DNA from: Magallana gigas
Lineage: Eukaryota
Direction of reading: 5' to 3'
DNA length: 64,000 nt
NCBI RefSeq assembly: GCF_963853765.1
Contig: NC_088856.1
Span: forward strand, 40,796,001 to 40,860,000
Made by a program: the position numbers and the translations under genes. Of the stretch, positions 51,401-62,904 are shown one piece after another; within the stretch, counting starts at the first letter, position 1; every line of letters begins with the position of its first letter. Below the pieces are notes generated by a model. The model had not been told where the DNA came from, made no database searches, and was given only the letters and a program-made list of their open reading frames with translations.

Positions 51401-52540
51401 TGGTAATGGGAATGATACTGGTCTTACTATCTTGTTTAAACTTCGAAAGTCTACGCACATCCGGTCTGATCCGTCCTTCTTCTTTACTACTACCAGAGGA
51501 AATGACCAAGGTGACTGTGATCTTTCAATAATCCTTGCGCTCATCATCTCCTTAATGGCCTTGTCGATTATCTGTCTTTTATTGAGGGGAACTCGATATG
51601 GTCTGTTCTTTATTGGGTGATGATCTCCAGTTTCTATCTTCATTTTGACGGTGTCGGTCACTCCAAGGTCGCTGTCCTTTTTAGCAAATAAGTCATTGTT
51701 TTTCCTCACAAGTCTTTGGATGGAGTGTTCGAATCTTTCAGGCACATCAATCTTTTCTTCATTGTCCTGTTGGGTTTGGATTTCTGAAATTTCTTTTGGT
51801 CCTAATGCGGTGACACGTCCTACTATGTAGCCTTTAGGGATTTTGTAACTTTTGTTGGTTTGATTAACGAAGATCATGGGGATTTTTCTGTCTCTTCGGA
51901 CAACACAAACTGAGTCTTTTAAATATAGTCCTGGGTCCTCCATAATACAATTATTGTCTATACTGTTCACTTCCACTAAGTCTTTTTCTTCAAGGGGGAA
52001 ATTATTGTTTACTTTTCCATAAAATACAGTCACAGTATTTGGTTTCACCATAAGTTTCTTGGGTGTTCTTACGATCGTTGAAATGTGTAGATCCTCCTTT
52101 AATTCAGCATAAGCCCTGCCATCAATGCGCATGAGTCCAAGATCGAAGTATAAACGAACATTGTTTTTCTTGAGCCAATCACGACCGAGAATCAGGTTTC
52201 GGTTGAGTCCCTTTGTCACAAAAAGTTTATGGTCTAAAGTTAACCCTGCAATCTTAAATGAAATATTTACATACCCTAACGCAATTAAAGAATTACCATT
52301 TGCTGCTTGAAGACAAGGAATATCATTTTTACACAATTTGGGGCGGGGGAACAAATTATCATACATTTTTTTACTAATCAAAGATACGGCCGCGCCAGTA
52401 TCTACTAACGCTCTGAATTTATTTTTTCCAATTTTTAATAAACAGCTACTGGGGTTGTTTGTAAAATTAATTTCAAATGTAGGTTTTTTATGAAAATTCT
52501 TCCTTCGGGCTTCAACGAAGGAAGAACATCTTAGTTTTCC
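48437..52540 (-). CDS. pol: Gypsy Pol (protease, reverse transcriptase, RNase H, integrase), uninterrupted
   Basis: The frame is open from the slippery site. ALVDTGAAVS (protease), AYLDDILIFS (RT), LYTDAS (RNase H), GHMG...C..C and LDLSGP...TDNG...VERFHRTL (integrase), GDPVYLK (GPY/F-like). Confidence 0.95.
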   Translation of the reverse strand, partial: GKLRCSSFVEARRKNFHKKPTFEINFTNNPSSCLLKIGKNKFRALVDTGAAVSLISKKMYDNLFPRPKLCKNDIPCLQAANGNSLIALGYVNISFKIAGLTLDHKLFVTKGLNRNLILGRDWLKKNNVRLYFDLGLMRIDGRAYAELKEDLHISTIVRTPKKLMVKPNTVTVFYGKVNNNFPLEEKDLVEVNSIDNNCIMEDPGLYLKDSVCVVRRDRKIPMIFVNQTNKSYKIPKGYIVGRVTALGPKEISEIQTQQDNEEKIDVPERFEHSIQRLVRKNNDLFAKKDSDLGVTDTVKMKIETGDHHPIKNRPYRVPLNKRQIIDKAIKEMMSARIIERSQSPWSFPLVVVKKKDGSDRMCVDFRSLNKIVRPVSFPLPLIDDILCLLGKARYFTALDLKSGYWQVKLEESSKEKTAFACHKGLFQFNRMPFGLSNAPAVFQELMNIVLQGQEEFAIAYLDDILIFSETPEDHLRHIQEVFDRLRTHGLKLKLKKCSFFKEQTEYLGFIINEHGVKPDPKKVEAIKKLPAPISVREVRGFIGMCSYYRRFIPNFSKIAEPLIDLTRKYARFKWTSCCQEAFDFLKESLTVVPLLAYPDTNKPYILYTDASDNCIGACLTQKTDEGEDKPIYYLSHKLSKTQVKWSTIEKEAFAIHYALQKLDHYLHSAEFTIRTDHKPLKYILESPMQNKKIQLWALSIAGYNCKVEYIEGRFNCCADLLSRLPSAISDDEEEEKSECDEPDVKDNFFEVNVLNSNAFSPKRLARCEVKQQDELLKPFIDLPEEINIKESQQNDEQIKKLRNRLSKGKATATEEKKFLEIDGLMYYLSDGDSEGPRLRQYIPRELELLVVQQYHDGLGHMGVDKTYDVIRQKYDMPNLYKRLYSYIEGCVICQTRSNKRTQPPLQETDIPPFPMAKVGLDLSGPYPTPLTGNKYIVSFIDIYSGWPEAFPVPDKSADNIVHLILEEIYPRYGCPLQILTDNGTENVNQKVQETLKELNINHITTSYYSPQGNGKVERFHRTLHDVMAKKITDNAQTWDIHLNQTLAAIRFHPNESSKFSPYYLMYNRDVVLPLDTLLKPRRRYAGEDQHKIALQEQHKAFMLVHRNMKEAKKKQKAQADKKSKDEDFQVGDPVYLKNNRRQNKLDKKWLPYYRIIEQKGPVSFVVKDQLTGSITKCHARQLRLADISHWPLSQDIEEGGRTLRKTNYVVPPEEESSSEDDGEVQPEPLERAIRFKQQERENSSDEEDIPLAELQRRIRAKQIMDGRQSKDEHEQTVESESDENPESEQSEYHEQNYEIPINTPAIPLDEDMEIGEINSKVGLGFTRKPIPKPRKPVPKPRKNIAVSKQQHIENCFAIMADMIKAIV
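52497..52540 (-). promoter_or_regulatory. -1 ribosomal frameshift signal at the gag/pol junction
   Basis: Minus-strand G GAA AAC (52540-52534) at the gag end, a 7-nt spacer, then a perfect 11-bp stem TTCTTCCTTCG / CGAAGGAAGAA with an 8-nt loop. Pol is in the -1 frame. Confidence 0.75.
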
Positions 52541-53858
52541 TGATTTTGTTTATCAAAAGTGGCGCGACGGGTCCAGATTTTGGGTGATCTCCTATCATTT
52601 TGGTCTTTAAAATCACGTGATCGATCTTGCCGATCAGCTGACCTACCTCTGTTTTGCTGCGTTCTGGAAAACCTGTGTTTGCTCCAGCAATCTGCACGCA
52701 AATGTCCTATTCTACCACAATTCCAACACTCAATCGGTGGGCGGGGGCTTTGCTCAACATAATGCACAGACTGAGTATTATGAAGTCGTTTATTTAATTG
52801 AGGGCGGGGCCTAACCTGGGGTTTATTTAGTGGACAGAATCTGACCCTATGACCAATTTTCATACACTTAAAACACCCTTTGTTCCTCGTGTGGTCAACT
52901 TCCATGGGTTCTTCCTGTCTATTGTCTGTCGAGGACAAGTTAACCAATCTTTCACTTAATAAAGGCGTTGTACTGTCAAACCGTGAAACAGTCTGTCTAT
53001 TGTCATTCGGCGTAGTACTTGTTATACTTGACCCCCTTATAGCTAGCCTTTGTCTTAAATTTTGTTCGCGCATTGCTACCTGAATTGCCGACTCCAAGTC
53101 TTTGGGGTTTTCTCTGAGGATTTTCATCCTGAGATAGTCAAAGGTCAGACCGTCACAGAATATGTCTACAAGTTGTTGTTGGACTAAGGGATCTTTTAAT
53201 TTGTCTTTACTATACGCGTCTTCCGCGATTTGCAACAACCGTTCCGCGAATAACTGTACACTTTCGTTTGAATTTTGCCGCGTCCTGCGCATTACTGCTA
53301 ACGCGTGTTGTGAGTCGGTTATCTCCGCGAATCTGTTTTTTAAGGATTCTTTTAAATCGTTCCACGACGGCATTTCTTCCGACGCGTCTGTTTCGTCCAA
53401 ATATCTTTTGATAAAGTCCCCTACCGAACCTTTACTCGTAATATACGCGAGCATGGGGATTTCATGACCCTGTTTCCCAGACAATAAACCATATTTTTCA
53501 ATTTCCTTTATCCACTGCTTGTATTTACTAGCATCTCCTTCGAAAGGAGTTATCACAGAAGATAGGGGCACTGTAAGCGCGGATGTTATAGCTTTAACCT
53601 GACCAATGAAAAAATCTTTATCATCATCCTGATTTGGGACTCGGTGTCGAGGTTCATTAGTTTCATACAACCTTGCATCATAATATGTGTCAGTTTGTTT
53701 TTCAAAAGTGATTGTTTTACCTGTTCTTGTTCTGAGAATTTTTGACCTGTTTCATGCCCTTCCTTTTCTTCACTTTGACCCAACCCCGCAAATTGTTTTT
53801 CCAATTGTTCCATTTGATTTTTAAATTCTTTTCTATCATAACCATTTCCAGTTGCCAT
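52531..53858 (-). CDS. gag: Gypsy Gag, apparently split by a frameshift near 53740-53755
   Basis: ORF 52531-53670 has CFKCMKIGHRVRFC and CWNCGRIGHLRADC knuckles but no ATG; its frame opens after a TGA at ~53755. The ATG ORF at 53858 (MATGNGYDRKEF...) overlaps it in another frame. Confidence 0.8.
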
Positions 53859-53959
53859 ATAGGTTGCTGATCTGAGTTATTTACTTTGAGATAGTGAACA
53901 GAGATATTGAGAAAAAGTTCTTACCTTAACAGTTCAGTTTTTCTTTAGCACTTCGTTTT

Positions 53960-53978
53960 ATCCTGGTCACTGGCACCA
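53960..53978 (-). other. Primer-binding site, tRNA-His-like
   Basis: Minus-strand TGGTGCCAGTGACCAGGAT, 10 nt inside the 5' LTR end. It complements the recalled invertebrate tRNA-His 3' end (ATCCTGGTCACGGCACCA) with one extra base. Confidence 0.65.
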
Positions 53979-54408
53979 TAAAAGTATATGTGATCCTTCT
54001 GTTGTTATTCTTTAGACTTTTGAAATCATAAGTCAGTTGGAGTTTTATGATATTTATTAAGCACTGTAATCGTATAGTGGTATAAAAGCAATATATAATC
54101 AATCTGCTATCAATCCAAAATCCATCTCCTCATTATTAATCAAATCATAAGTATATAAATCAGTGAAATAAAATAATCAATTGTTAGAACATCCTTTCGG
54201 GTCACAGTTCATAAGTGACTTATAACGAAGTCCATTGTTAAAGGTTAATTACAATAGACGATTTCCGAGATATCGTTTCGTTTAACGAAATCTTAAAAAT
54301 TGTTTAACATGTCACGTGACTACGGACAATTTGACGTTTCAGCGGTAAGTTTGAAATACACTATTTCAGAACGATTTCACTGAATACGATAGGTGACTGA
54401 GCTCGAAA

Positions 54409-57400
54409 ATGGTCGTTAAACATTGTGCGTGGGGTGATTGTCGCAGTGACAATAGATATTCTTTTAAAGAAAATATGCAAGGCGTTGATTTTGTCAAATT
54501 TCCAAGTAAACATACGAATGTAGACCGCTGTAAAAAGTGGGTCAAAGCCTGTGGTCGTGCTAATTTCACTTTGGACAAAGTGACAAGAGACACATACATT
54601 TGTACGAAGCATTTTTACAGCGGAAATGGGACTTTTAAGTATCCAGACCCTGTGCCGTACGGTATCACAGGCCCAGAGATGGAACACTTCGTCTTCAAAA
54701 ACAAGAAAAGACGAGGCCCCTTGCCAAGAACTACAGCTGGGCGTTTCATACAAACGGAAACAGAAGAACTTGTAAGTGAACCAAAACAGAAGCAAAACCC
54801 AACAGCTTTACATGATCATAACATGTACACATCCCATGTAAAAGACTGTGGAAGCGGAGATGGCCTGAAGGTGGGTGTGGCTAGTGACACTTATAGTAAC
54901 GTACAAACATCGATGGAGTTGTTGACATTAGAAACGGATACTCTGGAGATTGAAATCACTACAGATGAAAACAATAAAATGCATGATGTACATAATGGTA
55001 AGTATGAAATAAATATATTTTGTCATTTTTTTATACATATGCACATGGATATGTAGGTCAGACATTGTATTACAATAGCTTATAATATAATTTAATGGTA
55101 CACTAGGTACCTGTGTCAGGTGTATATAATTATATTAAGCTATATGTGTAATGGTGTTAAACAGGTTATAGCTTGAATCAGCTGATCTTTTGACAGAGAT
55201 TGGCAAATATTTGAAGTTAGATAAAATGTCACACTCAGATAGATTAATTGTATATAAATATAATTCATAGAGGTTATTAATTGAGACTTGTATGGCACAA
55301 TTAAGTGTGGTTGTATACTGTAAAACGAGAAAATTTGGCGCATACGTATTTTAGCGCAAACACAAGTGCTAGTACATTGGCGCAATTATATTTTAGCGCA
55401 TGTCACCTTTCTTTAAAAAAGAATACAAAAAATGTTCTTGTTTGATAAACGATCACGCCCAAATTTAGTTCTGTGTTCACTCAAGCACGTGAACACAACG
55501 ACTTTGATTTCTATCTCGCATGCACGGTAAACTGTCGTTGAGAACAATACACTTACTTTTGTGTAAATCGTCAGTAGATAGATATGAAAACTTCATTTAT
55601 TAGCGATGATATGTAATTTTTGTTGGTAAACAAATTTGAGTTATCGGACTTTGAATTTAACGTGTCGACTTGGATAACACTAGAAGAGTCCCGAAACTAA
55701 AAGTGAAATCGAATGCTACATTTACCCATGAGTTTTGATCACCATGAGCGAATCTTTTTTACAGTAATTTTACATTAAAATAACACAAAAAGAGGTATCG
55801 TCTTGTAATCTTAATATCCACTAATCAGAGATTAAAGAAATTATGATCAATCATGTATTGTGAGCGTTAACGATCGCCACGCTTAATCACATTTTCACCT
55901 CGAGCCGCTAAATGGAAGTGGCATGGGGAGAAGCGCAATTTTCAAGGCGCTAATGAGAGATAAAAAAGCAATTAAAATTGAATTAATTAATTCATGTTTA
56001 GGCACTTATACCCGACACCCAATACCGTTTACCTGTGTAATTGTTTAAAAAAACAGAATCGACGGCATCTGATACTACGTATACGAACACTTCTATTTAG
56101 CATTGAAAATGGACTGACGTTATTGTTTTGCAACTTGAAGAAATTTACTGCATATGGAAAATCGTTGGCGCACCATTAATTTTAGCGCTCAGAGGCAGTT
56201 GCGCCAATGGCGCTAAAATTTGTAGTGCGCCATATTTTCTCGTTTTACAGTATTAAAAAGACAGTAAACATAAATATACATATTACTATGAGATGTTTCA
56301 TGCAGTACAATTAACAAGTAAAAAATTTTATGGCTTATAATGGTCTAGCTTGTAGGATCCATTAATTTTTTTTAAAAGGAAGTCATTTTAATTGAACGCC
56401 TCAGTGTAATTTAAGGCCTACAAGATGCTGTATCAGTTATTTCATGTACTAAGTGAATTGGAAATTCACCAAGGAAATAAATTTTAATGTTTTATACAGC
56501 TGTCACCACTGAACACACTTAAGCTGCATGACCCTTGAGATCAACATTTAAATTTATCTATTCTCACATTTTAAAAAACCCTCATTATGATTATTGTATA
56601 ATCTAATAATACAGTTAATCAGTTTCAGTATTATATAGCTATTAAGTTATTAATTTGTAATTTTGTAGGTAGAGTCATGACAGACATGGCAGTGCAGACA
56701 GATTTGACATTTAATGATCTTAAGGACTGCACTGACCAAGATCTTCAAGGAGGAAGTCTGAGCCGTACCATCTTTGTGAAGAATGTTACCAAGGATGACA
56801 CATCCTGTAAATTCTATACAGGTACATATTTTATGTCAATTAATTTATATTTCACATCTCAGATTTAATACTTCAAGTCTGTTTGTACCCTAATATATAC
56901 ACTGAAGGACAGCTAGCTAGAATACCAGAAAATAGTGCAGTAAGTATGAGCTAATGAGTCACTTAACTTTGCATAGCTACTTTCCCTTTGGTAATTAGAA
57001 AATGTATCTGCAAGCCTCTAGCTCCCAAAAACTTATGAATGTACATGTCACAGTAGTCAAACATTTATATCCTTTTGATTTAACCCCTATATAACCATTC
57101 TTATATGTATGGTCCTTGGTGATATTGAACATTTCAAAAATATTAAGGTAGTCCTATACTCGGCACTAAATGGGCTCAATCATTAAAAGCTTAGCTTTAA
57201 ATGATAAATATACATTCTAGCAATACATATACACAAGAAAATATGTATGTTTACATGCTAGTTTGTTTGTTATCACCTCTCAGACGGGTGTACCCCCTTG
57301 CGAAAATTATTGACAATTATGAAATTTGCCAGACGTCCGTTTTTCCTAAAAATAATTACCCATTTTGGGTAAATTAGAACTGAACATACAAAATAGAGTA

Positions 57401-59971
57401 TAAACATTTATTTAATCCATATCTCATCAATAATTTTGTGAAAATTTTTGTAAGTAAGTACGCTTTATGGACCTGATGTATCAAAATAGAATACACAAAA
57501 TGCAATGCTAGTATCGCGTTTGGTAATTTTTTTACTATTTTATGGACTCAAACTTAAATTCATGGTGTTTATTCTATAGATTGACATCTTAGAAAAAAGA
57601 TTTGGTAAAATAAATTATATGTTGACGGACTACTTTTCACGCTATAAGCTCTAAACCAAGTAGACCCTGACGAAAAAATCCGTAAAAATCACATTTTGCT
57701 ACAGTTTTCTACCTAGATCTGTCAACAATGTTAGATATTATTTAAACATTAATTAATTGACGATTGATTAAATTCGAAATAGCTTCTGTCTCTAAATTCA
57801 AACCGGTTTTAGTAAAAGAAAAAGAAAAATTCGGGGGGGGGGGTCAAAACAAAGAAGATATAGGCATACCTGAGATCCTGGTTAATCAGAAACTTCGTTT
57901 TTCATTTTACTTTAACAGAATCGAGTTTCTCAACATTAATCATTTCTATCTCTCATAGAATACATATATTACCGTTCTAGTTGCTTATAATTGCCATTGT
58001 TTACAACAGCGATGTAGTGCAAAATCAATACCGGGTATCAAAAACGCTTTGTAAAAGTCGAACCAATATTGTAAAATCCGTATTATGACGTAGTGCGATA
58101 CTCGGACTACTTTAAATCTATACAAAAGCTAGCTAGTATACATGTAATTTAGTCCATGCAGTAATTATAACATTTTAAACATATGCATTGCATGGTTACC
58201 AAATGTGTATCTTTTTTTAAGGTCACTCTATTGTCATAGACCCTTGTCAACTTTAAAAAGCATGCTGTCCTTTACCAATTAATCTACATATTAAGTTTTT
58301 AATTTGTGAGCCAAACTTGCCTAAATTTGGTTTTTAATCAAATAATAGAAGAGGAGAATGTAATTGTGAAATTCATGATCCCTCCCCCCCCCCCCCCCCC
58401 CCAGGAGATAATTTAATTGATTTGTTCCTGTGTGCTTCTCAGCTTTTTATTCAAGAGTCAATATTTTGGTAATTAAAATATAAAAAAAACTGCATATGTA
58501 TATGTTTAAATTTGCACTTTAAAATTTGGTCAATAAATTACAGGTGTGACATTGGCCACTCTGATGTTGATCTTTGATGTAATCCGAAGCAAGGCAGAGA
58601 GAATGAGATACTGGCAGGGAAGTGCAAGAGACCTACCTGATGCCCCAAATGGAAATGTAAAGAATTTGCTTGAATTTAATACTGAACGATTATGGTAATT
58701 TGCAAGAACAAATTTAAAAGTAGCTAAATATAAAAAATGTTCATTGCATGCATGGTGCTTATATGGCCCAAGAATGTGGTCCACTGTAAACTAAGGTCAA
58801 GGTAATAAATAATAGACTTAAAATATGTTAAGCATGTATTAATGTCAATCAATTAGCTGTGTCTTTAGCAAAATATAAAAGGACATCCATATCAAAAGCA
58901 TGTTTGCTTATATGGTGTAGTTGAAATTTAATTATACAAAAATGAAACAAATTTTTGATTACTGATTAACACAAACAACTGAAACTAATTTACATGCTCT
59001 ATCATGTGTCTTAGAGTCTTGGTTATTGCCAGTCNNNNNNNNNNNNNNNNNNNNNNNNNNNNNNNNNNNNNNNNNNNNNNNNNNNNNNNNNNNNNNNNNN
59101 NNNNNNNNNNNNNNNNNNNNNNNNNNNNNNNNNNNNNNNNNNNNNNNNNNNNNNNNNNNNNNNNNNNNNNNNNNNNNNNNNNNNNNNNNNNNNNNNNNNT
59201 TTTTCATTCAATTAGAAAAGAGGACCTGCACGTGTACTATCCTCCTTTGAAGAATTTCTGCTAACCCTTGTAAGAATCAGAAGAGGCCTTGATGTTGAGG
59301 TATTGGCCGACATCTTCGCCATATCTTGCTCGAGTATAAGCCGCATATTTATAACCTGGATTAATTTGTTACAACTAGAACTCAAGTTTTTAATCCAATG
59401 GCCGACCAGAGATCAAATTCGTCTGAAATTACCTAAAGTGTTCAAGTCCTTTCCGAGAACTAGAGCTGTGATTGACTGCACTGAGTTTTTTATTCAACGA
59501 CCAAGCCTACCATCTAGCCAGCGTGTGACATGGAGTTCATACAAACACCATAACACTGTTAAACTATTGGTTTCTATTTCCCCATCAGGCTCATTTACAT
59601 TTATTTCAAAACTTTGGTCTGGTTCTGCATCAGATAAAAAGATAGTTGAAGAATCTGGGTTTCTAAATAACTTAGAGTATGGTGATGATATAATGGCTGA
59701 TAGGGGTTTTATGGTAAGTGGTGCTCTCGCTCTTAAAGGTTGCACTTTAAATATACCACCCTTTACATGTGGAAAACAGCTGAGCAGCAGAGCAACAACT
59801 AAGACTAGGAGAATAGCAAGAGCCAGAATACATGTGGAAAGAGCTATAGGGGACTTGAAAAGTTTTAAGATTCTTCAAGGTATTATCCCATTAAAAATTA
59901 AACCATATTTAGATCATATTTTATGCATATGTACTGCTCTTTGCAATCTAAACAACAGAAGAGTAAAGTAG
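54409..59971 (+). CDS. THAP + HTH + DDE (Harbinger-like) transposase; exons 54409-54997, 56669-56821, 58544-58656, 59216-59971 (~536 aa)
   Basis: THAP motif CAWGDC...W..ACGR...ICTKHF; KFYTG-VTL...RMRYW; LLTLVRIRRG...LADIF; catalytic VIDCTEF, MADRGF and RIHVERAI. GT-AG junctions have consistent phases. The N gap lies in a predicted intron. Confidence 0.85.
55318..56250. mobile_element. MITE with CTGTAAAACGAGAAAAT inverted repeats and TA target duplication, in transposase intron 1
   Basis: ta|ctgtaaaacgagaaaat at the left and attttctcgttttacag|ta at the right. Confidence 0.8.
57147..58111 (+). mobile_element. Kolobok-like non-autonomous element (965 bp), in transposase intron 2
   Basis: TTAA at 57143-57146 and 58112-58115; RGTAGTCC termini; reverse-complement relative at 1-791. 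Confidence 0.82.
59035..59199. other. Assembly gap (165 N)
   Basis: Run of N. Confidence 1.
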
Positions 59972-60049
59972 GATTCACATTGTATTGTAAATTTAAGTTA
60001 CAATATTACAGTATATGGATTTGTACCACATGTACCATGTACAGTAGTT

Positions 60050-62904
60050 TTAAGACTCTTGAGCAATTGCTTTTTTTACATCACCTGTTATCAACTCTTG
60101 TAATACATTTGAAACATAGAACTTTTTTAACTTTGAAACCATCATCTGAAAGAAATTTTCATCATAATACACAGGTATTACTACATATCCTTTAGTTGTA
60201 TAGATAATCAAGTCACATTGCTGCAAGCCATAGATACCAAGCTGGCCTTGAATCTGGTGGTAATAAGGTCCATCTGATGTTACATGCCATGTTCCATTCT
60301 CCAGAATGCATCCTTTCATTTGCGCTGCTTCCTTCGGGTGCTTGTTCCGCAATGAAAACGGACACTTAATTTCAATAAGTTTGTTAGAATGACATAAGCA
60401 AGACACTAGTCCATCAATGCTACAAGCAATAAATGGGTGTTGCTCAGAAATTTTAAGTCCATGCTCAAAGATTTTGAGTTTTTTATGTTTTCTACATTCA
60501 CTGATTTTATACAGTTTGCGCACTTTAGGTTCCATTTTCAGTCCCCAGTCACAACACATTGTACTGAATTTGTTTGAAGGTTTTTGGACATAACCCATCA
60601 GTTCAGCTAGCAAGCTATCATTATAAGACTTACTGGTACATATTTTTTCAAAATTTGATGCTGTCAGGAGACCTTTCCTCATTTCAAACCAACATTTGTT
60701 TTCACTTTGGCCCAAAGTCATTTCCTGTATGTTGGATATTTCCTCACACGAAAACTTCAAATTTTCAAACAATTTAGAAGGAAGCTCATCAGTATTAGAG
60801 ATGTCGGGATTTTCTTTTAGGAAGTTATTCGCTTTTGTTATAATGTTAAGTGGCACTGCTGATTTGTTAACTTTTTCGTGTACATCTTGTATTTCTGGAA
60901 GAGGGAGGAATTCAAGAGCACAAGCATCTGGGTTAATCTGAAATTATAAAACAATATTGTATGACCATAATTAATACCGTACATTAATTGTATTTTGTAA
61001 TTGGTAAATGTTTCATTTATACTCTTTTCTTATCAGTCATACATGTAATTCATATGTATTTAATATAATGATGATGATCAAACTATGATTTTTTATACCC
61101 CTGCTTTCGAAGGAGAGAGGGGTTTACTGTTTTGCCCTTGTGTTTGTCTGTCCGTCCGTCTGTCTGTAAACAAAATTTCTGTCACATTTTTCTTAGAAAC
61201 TATAAATCGCAGGTGCTTGAATTTTTAACATACCTACTCTTTGGTTAGGCATGCCATAAAATGGGATCCATTTTTGTACCCGTTTCACTGTGTTAAATGA
61301 CGACTTTGTTTATATTTAAAGCCTTAATTTTCAAACAAATTTTTGTCAAAGATTTTTCAGCAGCTATTAATTGCAGATACTTGAAATTTTAACACACTCT
61401 TTGTTCAGGGATTCATTTTTTAACCAATTGGACATCAACTTTGATTTTTTTAGCCTAAATTTTCAAATTTTGTCAAAGATTTTTCAGCAACTAATAAAAT
61501 ACCAATCGCAGGTTCTGGAAATTTTATGTTTTACCTGATGGAGTTTACGGGCAAAGTCAGTTTTGTCTTCCTCGCTAATGGGGGCTCTGTCATTTAAATG
61601 TCGAGGATCAAAGAAGGCATTTTTTACTTCCTCAATTGGCGCATTCCTGTCACTGAAATACAATTGACATAACATATCATTCAACTCTTAATGATTAGAT
61701 TGCTTCAACACATATTTATTTTTATAAAATGGTTATATATGTTGTCAATATGTTAAATACTTTCAATTAATTGATTTCATTGTCAATCAATAGAACATTA
61801 CAAATCAAAATTGAGGTTAAATACTGTATTGTTTATACCTGTAGCTTGCCTTGTGGATCTTTAGTTTGCTTATTTCTACTGGCTGATCATGTGCTCGTGG
61901 CCTTTTTTTCCATTGGCATGGACCATCCGTGACGGATTTCTGCTCATAACTTTCCAGTTCATACAAACTTGCACCGATATGTCCCCCCCCCTCCCCCCTC
62001 CCTTTCAAAAACGATGCTACATGCCTCTAATAAACCACATGTATGCAGTTTGGAATTAAAAATATTAATGGTTTATCACTACAAAGCTTTATAAACACCC
62101 ATAGACAGTGTATATGTTTATGTAGATGGTTAAAATCATTTTGAAATTTGCATGATCAATAGCATATTGAAGTTTGCTTTTTTTGTGGTTATAAAAATGA
62201 TATTTTTTTTTACATGCGCTATATATATTAAACCAGCTAACATAAATACTCATAAATAGCTTGTACTGCAGAATAATTGCTTTTAAAAATGTGGAATTTG
62301 ATATCAAGGCAAAGTAGAAAAACATGAAATGCAAGTAGCTCATAGGCTATTCAACTTACCCTCCGGGACATTCACAGTATGCAGCCAAAACTTCCCCAGT
62401 GGCATTTGAAATGATAAACCAAGATTCATAGTATTTCTTTTGATCGAATGTCTTGTCCCTCTGAGTAGGTTTTACTCTTGTCTTGAAAACAAACGTTTGT
62501 CCATTACGCACACATTCTAAGTGTTCCACATGCCCGTCATAGTACAGTCTATAATCTTCTGCGCTTTTGAAAGCTTTGAGCTTCTTCTTGTCATAATCAG
62601 CCCGGTGTAAAAGCAGATAATTGAATATATCATAAAGAGTAAAGTTTGGAATATTGGAAAGGTCTGAAGTGAAGCCAGTAAGTTTGAAAGGGTTTACATC
62701 GCAGCCTGCTGTTTTATATCTCTCTTTGATGACCTTCTCTGTGTTATCGCCAGTAAAATCAGGATCTGTAGGGCATTTAAAGTTGAAAATAAATTCTGCT
62801 ATTTTAACCAACTCATTCTCTTTATACCCAGCAACTGAAATTCCCTTTGTTTTGAGAAACTCGTGCAATTCTGGAACTGTTTTTTCGCTGAAAGCAGCCG
62901 ACAT
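60050..62904 (-). CDS. SWIM-finger + YqaJ (lambda-type) exonuclease of the ISL2EU; exons 62904-62360, ~61983-61839 (5' end damaged), 61652-61535, 60937-60050
   Basis: AYCECPGG (first half of SWIM) then HIGASLYELE. GQSENKCWFEMRKGLLTASNF, FIACSIDGLV, IEIKCPF and YYHQIQGQL are YqaJ motifs. The exon 2 acceptor region is replaced by a G-tract MITE-end fragment, so the gene may be broken. Confidence 0.8.
61090..61525 (+). mobile_element. Truncated non-autonomous Helentron-like fragment in an exonuclease intron
   Basis: ttttatacccc...gaggggtttac start, GTCY microsatellite (gtctgtccgtccgtctgtctgtaa), and repeated aaattttgtcaaagatttttcagc units. No 3' hairpin seen. Confidence 0.6.

Noticed and set aside
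48456-53467. Plus-strand ORFs inside gag and pol
   Set aside because: Short antisense shadows with no recognisable motifs.
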